Positions 46,271 through 54,498 of a stretch of DNA of 64,000 nucleotides are shown piece by piece. A program made the position numbers and the translations under genes. Every line of letters begins with the position of its first letter. Position 1 is the first letter of the stretch. This DNA is from Bacteriovoracaceae bacterium (GTDB taxonomy: Bacteria; Bdellovibrionota; Bacteriovoracia; Bacteriovoracales; Bacteriovoracaceae): the NCBI GenBank assembly GCA_020630335.1, contig JAHDBN010000004.1:9258-73257 (forward strand), given 5' to 3'. The notes beneath the pieces are model-generated. The model was given only the letters and a program-made list of their open reading frames with translations. It was not told the origin of the DNA and did not search any database.

Positions 46271-47590
46271 ATGCCTAGTTATTTAGATATAAGCTTATTT
46301 GTCATCGGGCTTATTGGCTCTGGTTTCTTTTCAGGATCAGAAGCAATTCTTATGTCTATTCCTCTCGATAGAATTAAGCAACTTATTGAAGAGGGAGATA
46401 AAAAAGGAAAAGCTCTAAAACTAATGCATGATAAGCCCAATGAAATATTAGCAACGATTTTAATTGGAAACAATTTAGTTAATGTCTTTTTAGGTGCTTT
46501 AGCGACAACTATTGCTCAGAAGGTTTTTCAAAGTGATGCCATTGCAATTGCAACTGGTATAACGACAGTTTTCATTGTTATTTTTGGAGAAATTTTTCCA
46601 AAAACTTTTGCTAGATCTAGTGCTGAAAAATTAGCAACACCTGTAATGTATATTCTAAGAGTTTTTTATGTACTCTTTTGGCCAGCAGTAAAGTTTGTTA
46701 CTTGGCTATTAGAAACTATTCTTGGAAAAAATGCTGAATTAAGAGGAAGAGCTATTACATCAAATGATATTGAATATATGGTAAATCAAGCAGAGGAAGA
46801 TCAATCAATAGACTCAAAGCAAATTGATATGCTTAACTCTGTATTAGAATTCCCAATGATTAAAGTTCGAGATGCAATGGTGCCAAGAGTAAAAGTAAAG
46901 GGGATTAAAAGCGTAGCAAGTTTTACTGAAGTTATTGAAGATGTAAAAGAGCATGCTCATACGAGATATCCTGTTTATGAGGAGAGTTTAGATAATCCTT
47001 TAGGATTTTTACATGTAAAAGATCTCGCTTTTGTTGATGAGGTAGAAAGAGAAAATTTTAATTTAAAAAAATATATAAAAGAACCTTTTTACGTTTATGA
47101 AAGTATGAAGATTCAATCTGTGTTTGATCATATGAATAAAAAGAAGGTTCACCTTGCTTTGGTAAAAGATGAATCTGGATTAGTTGTAGGTATTATTACT
47201 CTTGAAGATATAATGGAAGAAATTTTTGGTGAAATCATGGACGAGCATGATGAAGAAGGTGATCTTATTACTTCAGAACATAAGATAGGACCTGAAGGGC
47301 TAACGGTTCCAGGTGTAATTTCTCTAAGAGATTTATATACTGAATATGATATTAAGATTCCTTTAAATGATAATTATTCAACATTAACGGGTTTTATTCT
47401 TGAGATGCTTGAAGATGTTTTTCCGAAAGAAGGACAAATCATTTTATGGGAAGAATATTCTTTTGAGCTTGAAGAAGTAGAAAATTCTAATATAGAAAAA
47501 GTTGTTATCAAAGCACTTGATGGACATCAAATAGAATCTGCTAGTTCACAAAATGATGCTGAAGACTCTGAAGCAAAGTCACTTTCCTAG
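46271..47590 (+). CDS. CNNM/CorB-type (DUF21-CBS-CorC_HlyC) membrane protein, 'hemolysin family' divalent-cation transporter
   Basis: N-terminal 4-TM DUF21 (..GSEAILMSI..), tandem CBS (..VRDAMVPR.., ..VGIITLEDIMEEIFGEI.DEHD..) and a C-terminal CorC/HlyC-like domain. Confidence 0.85.
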   Translation: MPSYLDISLFVIGLIGSGFFSGSEAILMSIPLDRIKQLIEEGDKKGKALKLMHDKPNEILATILIGNNLVNVFLGALATTIAQKVFQSDAIAIATGITTVFIVIFGEIFPKTFARSSAEKLATPVMYILRVFYVLFWPAVKFVTWLLETILGKNAELRGRAITSNDIEYMVNQAEEDQSIDSKQIDMLNSVLEFPMIKVRDAMVPRVKVKGIKSVASFTEVIEDVKEHAHTRYPVYEESLDNPLGFLHVKDLAFVDEVERENFNLKKYIKEPFYVYESMKIQSVFDHMNKKKVHLALVKDESGLVVGIITLEDIMEEIFGEIMDEHDEEGDLITSEHKIGPEGLTVPGVISLRDLYTEYDIKIPLNDNYSTLTGFILEMLEDVFPKEGQIILWEEYSFELEEVENSNIEKVVIKALDGHQIESASSQNDAEDSEAKSLS

Positions 47591-47617
47591 ATCTTTAAAT
47601 ATTGTTACCATTTTTAT

Positions 47618-48604
47618 ATGGATATTTACTCAACATGTGTAATTGGTGGAGGTTCGGCTGGAGTTATGGCCGTATTAAGATCAGTTTTAAATAATGACAA
47701 TACTTTATTTTTTCCTGGTACAAAGTTACATCGAAAAAGATCTAGAGAGTTCTGGGTTAGAAAAGTTGAAAACATGCCAGGACATTTAGATTATACAAGA
47801 GGAATTGACCAGCCTAATAAAGAGTCTTTAAAGTGGCTTGAAGAGGGATTATTTAAAGATAAATTCCATTGGAAAAAGCAACGAGGTGTTGTTGATATAA
47901 AAAAAGAAGAGAATAATTTTATTATTACTGATTCAGAGGGAGAAGTTTATAAAGCTCAACACGTGATTCTTTGTACGGGAGTGATGGATGTTCAACCACA
48001 TATAAAAGAATCAATTAAAGATATTTTACCATTTGCGAATAAACAAACAGCTGATTATTGCCTTAGATGTGATGGACACCACATCTTAAATAAAGAAGTT
48101 GCTATTATAGGACATACTGAATCTACTGCTTGGGTGTCAGTGATGCTTTATGAAAGATATAAAGTTCCTAATATGATGATTCTTACCAATGGAGAGAAAC
48201 CAGAATTTTCTGAAGACTTATTAAAATTATTAAGTCTTTATAAAATTGATGTTTTTGAGGAACCAATTGAACAAGTTTTAGGTGATAAAAAATCAGGACA
48301 ATTAGATGGATTCATTCTTTGTTGTGGAACAAGTGTCCATGCTCAAATGTGTTTTATTTCTCTTGGGATGATTGTTTATAATGAGTTAGCTAAATCCGTA
48401 GGTGCAGAAGTTGATGAAAGAGGTTTTGTATTAACAAATTCCAAAGGCGAAACTAATATTCCTAATTTTTACGTAGCTGGAGATTTAAGAGCGGGAGTAA
48501 AAAAACAAATTTATACGGCATGGGATACCGCTGTTGATTCAGCTGATGATATTAATGCTAAAATAAGAAGAGATAAAAGACAAAGATTATTGGATCAATC
48601 ATGA
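47618..48604 (+). CDS. Thioredoxin-reductase-like FAD/NAD(P)-dependent disulfide oxidoreductase
   Basis: ..CVIGGGSAGVMA.. dinucleotide fold. ..YCLRCDGHH.. occupies the position of the TrxR CxxCDG redox motif. ..FYVAGDL.. near the C-terminus. Confidence 0.7.
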   Translation: MDIYSTCVIGGGSAGVMAVLRSVLNNDNTLFFPGTKLHRKRSREFWVRKVENMPGHLDYTRGIDQPNKESLKWLEEGLFKDKFHWKKQRGVVDIKKEENNFIITDSEGEVYKAQHVILCTGVMDVQPHIKESIKDILPFANKQTADYCLRCDGHHILNKEVAIIGHTESTAWVSVMLYERYKVPNMMILTNGEKPEFSEDLLKLLSLYKIDVFEEPIEQVLGDKKSGQLDGFILCCGTSVHAQMCFISLGMIVYNELAKSVGAEVDERGFVLTNSKGETNIPNFYVAGDLRAGVKKQIYTAWDTAVDSADDINAKIRRDKRQRLLDQS

Positions 48605-49203
48605 GTGAGAAAGAATTTAATCCTGAAACGGATTTGAAATTTAGCATTGATAAGAAAATCAAAGAAAAGTTTGAAAGATTAGAGAAATCAGCACAAGCAG
48701 GAGTAACTATTCTTGGAACTAACGAGTCAGTTGAAGTTCCTGCTGTAAATGCAGCGAAAGCAAACTTTCCTGAAATGCTAGGAGGACAAGCTTCTCCAAA
48801 ACCTACTCCTGTTCAAATGAGGGCCTTTGCTTCTCAAATAGATAAAATTAAATCAAGAATAGTTTTATTTGATTATAAAACAAATTATTACGAAGAAATG
48901 CTTACTGAAGAAGCGAATGTCTCATTAGAAATAGTTAAAGAATTTGAAGAACTTCCCAAAATGCTTAAAGAAGAAAAAAGTACAGTTCTTTTCTTAAACT
49001 ACAGTGGGTATCCAAGGCTTTGTAATCAAATGATTCCCTTAGTAAAAGAAAAGTTTAAACATGTAAAAATTGTTTTAACTGCCAAATTATTAACTCCTGA
49101 AAAAGTTAAAGCACATAGAGAATCAGAATTAGCTGTTCATGATTATTTAAATATGCCTTTTACTTTAGAAGATTTTTACCGAGTTTTATTAAAGTACAAT
49201 TAA
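48601..49203 (+). CDS. Hypothetical protein with a C-terminal pseudo-receiver (REC-like) domain
   Basis: aa ~83-200 align by eye with CheY: RIVLFDYKT.. (DD pocket is DY), ..VLFLNYSG.. (acceptor Asp is Asn), ..IVLTA.., ..DYLNMPF.. (conserved Lys is Met). Confidence 0.45.
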   Translation: MSEKEFNPETDLKFSIDKKIKEKFERLEKSAQAGVTILGTNESVEVPAVNAAKANFPEMLGGQASPKPTPVQMRAFASQIDKIKSRIVLFDYKTNYYEEMLTEEANVSLEIVKEFEELPKMLKEEKSTVLFLNYSGYPRLCNQMIPLVKEKFKHVKIVLTAKLLTPEKVKAHRESELAVHDYLNMPFTLEDFYRVLLKYN

Positions 49204-49502
49204 ATTTTTTCGAAATGAATTTCACCAGGATGAATTTGCTTTGCTTTGCATGCTAAGCGAATATGATGATTTGTGAGTTCAGGTTTTTCTTTTTTTATAG
49301 CGTTTAATGTATCTAGCTCAATTGTTCTTGGAGCCTTAAGTAACTCTGATCCTTGTTTGACGTCGATAAGACAAACTCCACAACTTCCTGCTAGGCAGCC
49401 ATGTGGTAATACTTCCCCGGCACGATCAAAAGCATCACACAAAGATTCATTTTCTTCGAGGTAAACAGAAATACTTGATGATAGATTTATTGCAGTGTGC
49501 AT
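49200..49502 (-). CDS. Plant-type [2Fe-2S] ferredoxin
   Basis: 100 aa. ..HGCLAGSCGVC..(..)..RLAC.. gives C-x4-C-x2-C...C ligand spacing. Convergent 4-nt overlap with the previous gene. Confidence 0.75.
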   Translation of the reverse strand: MHTAINLSSSISVYLEENESLCDAFDRAGEVLPHGCLAGSCGVCLIDVKQGSELLKAPRTIELDTLNAIKKEKPELTNHHIRLACKAKQIHPGEIHFEKI

Positions 49503-49580
49503 ATAAAATTAGTACTCAAAAAACTGTGAAAAATCTACTAATATCAAGTCGAACTTAAATCAGATTAAAAAAGGCATAAT

Positions 49581-50687
49581 ATGAGCATATATGAAAAAGT
49601 AATCACTATGGGACATGAGCAGGTTGTATTTTTTAGTGATCCAACTTGTAATCTAAAAGCAATTGTTGCTATTCACGATACGACACTTGGACCAGCTTTA
49701 GGTGGAACTAGAATGTGGCAGTATGCTTCAGAAGAAGAAGCACTTAGAGATGTTTTGAGACTTTCCAAAGGTATGACTTATAAAGCTGCCGTTTCTGGAC
49801 TTCACTTAGGTGGAGGAAAAGCTGTTATTATAGGTGATCCTAAGAAAGATAAATCTGAAGCACTATTTAGATCTTATGGAAGGTTTTTAGAATCACTAAA
49901 CGGTCGATACATTACAGCAGAAGATGTAAATATTACTGTTGATGATATCGAACATATCTATGTTGAGACGAGCAATGTTGTAGGTGTTGCAAAAATCAGA
50001 GGTGGTTCAGGAAACCCTGCTCCTTATACTGCTCTTGGAGTTTTTAGAGGATTGGAAGCTTCTTGTACTCAAGTTTGGGGAGACAGATCTCCTTCAGGAA
50101 AGACAGTGGCACTTCAAGGTGTTGGATCGGTAGGGTTCGAGCTTTCAAAGCTTCTTCATGAGCATGGAGCTAAAATTATTTTTACAGATATTTCTGAAAA
50201 AAATATAGCAAGAATGAAAGAGCATATTCCAAGTGCAGAATTTGTAGATCCTAGCAAAATTTATGATGTTGAATGTGATATTTTCTCTCCTTGTGCTTTA
50301 GGAGCATCTATAAACGATGATACTATCGATAGAATTAAATCTAAGATTGTATGTGGAGCAGCAAATAATCAACTTGATAAGGATTATCACGGAGAAGAAC
50401 TTAAAAAAAGAAACATTCTTTATGCTCCAGATTATCTTATTAATGCTGGTGGGTTAATGAATGTGAGCATTGAGTTTGAAGGATGGTCTGATTCAAAATC
50501 AAGAAGAATGATCGATAGTATTTATAATACAACTCTAGATATTTTTAAGCTTTCTAATGATGAAGCATTACCTGTTAATGAAGCAACAGATAGAATGGCC
50601 GAAAGAAGAATTGCTTCTATCAAAGAGATAAAAACTACAACTCTTGGTAATGTTGCTCATAGGTTTCCTGGCAGGAGTAATAAGTAA
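49581..50687 (+). CDS. ldh: Leucine dehydrogenase-type (Leu/Val/Phe) amino-acid dehydrogenase
   Basis: Aligns by eye along the Bacillus LeuDH sequence as I remember it: ..AIVAIHDTTLGPALGGTRMW.., ..KGMTYKAAVSGLHLGGGKAVIIGDP.., ..NGRYITAEDV.., ..LQGVGSVG.., ..PCALG... Confidence 0.85.
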   Translation: MSIYEKVITMGHEQVVFFSDPTCNLKAIVAIHDTTLGPALGGTRMWQYASEEEALRDVLRLSKGMTYKAAVSGLHLGGGKAVIIGDPKKDKSEALFRSYGRFLESLNGRYITAEDVNITVDDIEHIYVETSNVVGVAKIRGGSGNPAPYTALGVFRGLEASCTQVWGDRSPSGKTVALQGVGSVGFELSKLLHEHGAKIIFTDISEKNIARMKEHIPSAEFVDPSKIYDVECDIFSPCALGASINDDTIDRIKSKIVCGAANNQLDKDYHGEELKKRNILYAPDYLINAGGLMNVSIEFEGWSDSKSRRMIDSIYNTTLDIFKLSNDEALPVNEATDRMAERRIASIKEIKTTTLGNVAHRFPGRSNK

Positions 50688-50694
50688 GGCTTTC

Positions 50695-51093
50695 GTGAAG
50701 TTTCTATTTCTATTTTTATTTCTTTTTATTGGGTGTGATTCACTAAAAAAAGAATCGGCAGACTGTCCTTATGAAGTTGCTTCTGAAGAGTACTGGAATA
50801 ATATCGTCGCTCATATTGAACAACTAAAAAGTTGTAAAGAAGCATCAAAAACAGCTTATTCTTGTTCATTAGGTGGCTTAGGTGATAGAGATATTTTTGG
50901 AGCTGCCCGACAAGTTTGTGAAAAATATTTTTTAGAAAAAGCAGATGCTGATTTAAAATTGAAATATGAGAAATCCTTGGAGAAATGTCTTAAGAAGTAT
51001 GAAAATGAACAAGGCTCAGTGTTTATTTCGGTGAGATCTTCATGTATGCTTAATCGTGCAGTTAAAATGACTAAAGACTTGAATAAATTCTAA
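50695..51093 (+). CDS. Hypothetical lipoprotein
   Basis: Lipobox ..LFLFIGC. GTG 50695 would give (M)KFLFLFLFLFIGC. The track start (TTG 50644) or ATG 50650 would overlap ldh, so the start is uncertain. Confidence 0.5.
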   Translation: MKFLFLFLFLFIGCDSLKKESADCPYEVASEEYWNNIVAHIEQLKSCKEASKTAYSCSLGGLGDRDIFGAARQVCEKYFLEKADADLKLKYEKSLEKCLKKYENEQGSVFISVRSSCMLNRAVKMTKDLNKF

Positions 51094-51098
51094 TCTGT

Positions 51099-51124
51099 AA
51101 AGCTAGAGAGAAGCTTTCTTTTTT
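51099..51124. terminator. Hairpin plus T-run between convergent genes
   Basis: AAAGCT-AGAGAGA-AGCTTT followed by CTTTTTT. Confidence 0.5.
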
Positions 51125-51130
51125 CTCTTC

Positions 51131-51721
51131 TTAATCAATAGTCTTAAATATTTGATCTAACTCAGAGTTAAGATCTTGGATGGAGTGAGAAGACTCTATA
51201 TTCTCTTGTGTGATATAACTTGTATCTTGAGGAATCAGGGTCGGAGAAGGGCCCATAACTTTCATCGATACCTTAGATTTCATTAACTGCAATTTCATAG
51301 AAATAGAATCTAGTATTTTTTGATATGATCCTTTTAAAAATGTATCACTTTTCTTAGATCCAAAAAACTTGATCCATGATTCTATATGAGCCTGATGCTT
51401 TCTAAATAATGTTCGATCGTTTAAGTAATCACGCTTTAGACCATTGTAGACATAACTTGTTAGTGGGCAATAAGCAGCAGGTGCTTCTTTTTGAAAGACT
51501 GAAGATGCATCTATATTTTTGTCGTTTTTATAGCTTTTTGGAAAAAAAGAGTCAGAGAAAAGATGCTTTAATGTAGTTGTGTTAATAAGTTTTTCGAATT
51601 GTTTTCTAGAAAGATTCGAGTGAGATGATTCTAAAGAGCTAAAAGCACAATTATTAATCATGTCTAAATTAACATTAGTCCATAATAAAAGAGGTGAGAA
51701 AAGTAAGCATATGATCTTCAT
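51131..51721 (-). CDS. Hypothetical secreted protein (last gene of the Fe-S operon)
   Basis: 196 aa with hydrophobic N-terminus MKIICLLFSPLLLW. 4-nt start/stop overlap with the upstream gene. No family recognised. Confidence 0.5.
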   Translation of the reverse strand: MKIICLLFSPLLLWTNVNLDMINNCAFSSLESSHSNLSRKQFEKLINTTTLKHLFSDSFFPKSYKNDKNIDASSVFQKEAPAAYCPLTSYVYNGLKRDYLNDRTLFRKHQAHIESWIKFFGSKKSDTFLKGSYQKILDSISMKLQLMKSKVSMKVMGPSPTLIPQDTSYITQENIESSHSIQDLNSELDQIFKTID

Positions 51722-52698
51722 TGTTTGACCTCATAGTATAAGTCTTCATTTAGAAAAAATACTTTATCATCTTGTTTGAAAATATTTATATTATATGATG
51801 ATTTATGAAGAGTTGTAAGAGAGCTGTCTTTAAGAGAGTAAGCTATTGCTTCAAACTTCTTATTTGTTAAAAGCTTTTCTTTGTTATTTTCTTTTACGAA
51901 GATCAAGTGTTCATCATGACAAATCAAGGGCCCATTTATTCTAAAATCAGTTAAATAAAGATTAGTGCCATATAAATCAGTAATGCTTGTAGCTTCTTTA
52001 TTTTTAAAATCTAAACTTGTATTTAATATGTAAATCATTCCTTTTGATTCATTGCTGCAAAACTTGAAATATCTATCTTGTGATTTAGCAGTGATGAAAA
52101 CTTTCTTTTTCTTAGATTTGAGATTGTACTGCATCACACGCATAAGGCCATTTTTTGAATAATCATTATAAAAAATATCTTTACCGTAATTCATGACTAC
52201 TTCAGGCCTAAAGTATGGATTCCACTTGTTAGAATAAGTTAATGAGTGTTCGTGATTATTTTTTAGGTTTAGAATTGAAATCTTTTGCTCATTTATTTTA
52301 GAAAATGAAGCGTAAATACCATCTAAGTGTAGATTTAGATTAAGTCCTTTTCCTATTTCCATAACTTTGCTAGAACCTAATTCACTTATAAATAAATGAT
52401 TGTTTTTTCTTAAGTTTAAGTCTGTGAAAAAATTAACCTTCTTTTCTATTCCAATGATTTTAGGATTATTTAAGATAACTTTGTAAAAAACATTATCATC
52501 TTCATGTTTAATCAAATCTTTAGTCTTGGTATTTTTAGTCATTTGTAAGTGACCATTTCTTGATTGTTGATAAGATAGATTTTCACTTTTTATTGCTCTT
52601 ATTTGTTTAATATTAAACTTTGGTTGAAAGAGCTTAGCTTTGATTCCAGCGAAGCTAGCGAGATTAAGCAAAAGGAGACTAGTCTTTATAAATCGCAT
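51718..52698 (-). CDS. Hypothetical secreted protein, beta-rich
   Basis: 326 aa with signal peptide MRFIKTSLLLLNLASFAG. Repetitive beta-strand-like segments. 20-nt overlap with the upstream gene. Confidence 0.55.
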   Translation of the reverse strand: MRFIKTSLLLLNLASFAGIKAKLFQPKFNIKQIRAIKSENLSYQQSRNGHLQMTKNTKTKDLIKHEDDNVFYKVILNNPKIIGIEKKVNFFTDLNLRKNNHLFISELGSSKVMEIGKGLNLNLHLDGIYASFSKINEQKISILNLKNNHEHSLTYSNKWNPYFRPEVVMNYGKDIFYNDYSKNGLMRVMQYNLKSKKKKVFITAKSQDRYFKFCSNESKGMIYILNTSLDFKNKEATSITDLYGTNLYLTDFRINGPLICHDEHLIFVKENNKEKLLTNKKFEAIAYSLKDSSLTTLHKSSYNINIFKQDDKVFFLNEDLYYEVKQ

Positions 52699-54496
52699 TT
52701 AAGCTCCAATTGTTAAAAAGTTTATAAAATGTAGAAATTGATGATGAGATTTCATTCCATGATATTTCTCTGGTGTTAATCATATTATCAATTGATAAAT
52801 TCATTAAAACATCTTCAATATTTCCAAGCCCTGATTTCACTCCTGAGATTAAAAAAGGCAAAGGAGTACAATCATTAAATGATAACCTCATAAATGCTTG
52901 TGGGAGAAGATCTTCTGCGCATCCAACTCCATGGATGATGACTTTCTCTTTATTTAAAAATCTTTTTAAAATAGTAAAATCTTTAATTGCTGATTTTCTG
53001 AAGTTGAATTTTGAGATAAGTAGGTTTTCAAAAGAAGTACTATAATCTTTATTAGTTCTTGATAGATAGTTTAATGCAATACTGGATTGAGAAGTAATAC
53101 CATGTTTTATTTTTTTACCATTAATAAACACACTAAATGGGCAGGTGTGAAGTGAGCATTTCTCTGTATTCATTTGGATTTTACAACCTTGGTTTATTTC
53201 GCCAAGAGATAAAACTTTATATCTTGTAAGAGAGCAGCTTGATCCACTTTTAATAAATTTTGCTTCTTTTAGAATCCTTTCAATAACTTTTGAATAATTA
53301 ATAGAGCTATCAGTTTTACCAAAGAGAACTTTCTTGCACCTTTTTTCTTTGTAGAGATTGTTAAAGTAACATAGGTTTACATCCCAAAGATTTTCTATGC
53401 CTTCTTCATTAGAAAAATTAATAAGCTTGTTTAACTTGTCACTAAAGCAATGATTCTCTTGTTTGCTAGGTTGTATTAAAGAAAGTATTCGAGATGCGTT
53501 TACAATTCCTTCATTTGGTATTTTTCCAGGACAATCAGAAGCTAGATTTTTGTTTTTTGAGAGGATATAGTTTTCTGCTAAGCTTATACAATCTTGTAAT
53601 GGATAGAATGCTCGATTAAACCTTGTTTTATGTGTGTAGCAAAAGTTTGGATTTCTTTTGATATTTTCTAGACAAGAAGAGATTTCTTTATTTTTTAATT
53701 TTCGATAGGTCTTGAAATAATCTTTACATAAAGGTTTTAGTAAGTTTTGAAAAACAACAGGATCATTTTTAAGATTGAAAATATTCTTTCCTTCCTGAAC
53801 TTGGCATATGTTTTTATCTCCTTTTATATATTTAGCAAACAAATTAAGCCCTCTAGCTTGTTCAGGAGTAATACTTTTGTTTATTTTAGGGTTTTTTGAA
53901 GAATCAATTGCCATTTTTGCTAAATATGAAAAATTAGGAGAATGGGCTAAATCTTGAATAGATGAGAGACAGCTCTTATGGTTTAATAATTTCTCAAAGT
54001 TGAACCTTTTAAGAAGTTTATAATTTTTCTTTCTTAATAATGTGGCATTAGCAATAGCATTCGGACATCTTTTTAGAAGATCTTCAAGATAGACTCTTTT
54101 GTTTGCTTTAACGAATCTCTTATTTTTATTTTTGATATTATATTGAGAGAGAATAAGATCATTTTTTAAAATGGGATGTTGAATGAGATCTAAGCTTAAG
54201 TATTCGTATAACTTACAAGTATTATTTTTAATTTGATGAATAATATTTTCAGAATTATGAAGAAATAAACTATTTAAATAATCTTGATGAATACTGTACT
54301 TATAGTTTTTATGATCTAAATCCTTCTTTGATCTTATTACATAAGGAATATTGGTTTCTTTTGAATAGTAACTCATTAATCTCTTATCAGCGCTTATAAG
54401 AGATTTAAAGCTCTCCAAAAGGCCCTGACTTTGAGCAAAAATATTTATCGTACTAAAAAAAAGAACCTTACAAAGAAGAGTTCTAGTTTTTTTCAT
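52679..54496 (-). CDS. Hypothetical secreted Cys-rich protein
   Basis: 605 aa with signal peptide MKKTRTLLCKVLFFSTINIFAQS and about 19 Cys spread along the mature chain. The ATG lies 2 nt after the Fe-S protein stop codon. Confidence 0.6.
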   Translation of the reverse strand: MKKTRTLLCKVLFFSTINIFAQSQGLLESFKSLISADKRLMSYYSKETNIPYVIRSKKDLDHKNYKYSIHQDYLNSLFLHNSENIIHQIKNNTCKLYEYLSLDLIQHPILKNDLILSQYNIKNKNKRFVKANKRVYLEDLLKRCPNAIANATLLRKKNYKLLKRFNFEKLLNHKSCLSSIQDLAHSPNFSYLAKMAIDSSKNPKINKSITPEQARGLNLFAKYIKGDKNICQVQEGKNIFNLKNDPVVFQNLLKPLCKDYFKTYRKLKNKEISSCLENIKRNPNFCYTHKTRFNRAFYPLQDCISLAENYILSKNKNLASDCPGKIPNEGIVNASRILSLIQPSKQENHCFSDKLNKLINFSNEEGIENLWDVNLCYFNNLYKEKRCKKVLFGKTDSSINYSKVIERILKEAKFIKSGSSCSLTRYKVLSLGEINQGCKIQMNTEKCSLHTCPFSVFINGKKIKHGITSQSSIALNYLSRTNKDYSTSFENLLISKFNFRKSAIKDFTILKRFLNKEKVIIHGVGCAEDLLPQAFMRLSFNDCTPLPFLISGVKSGLGNIEDVLMNLSIDNMINTREISWNEISSSISTFYKLFNNWSLNAIYKD

Positions 54497-54498
54497 TC

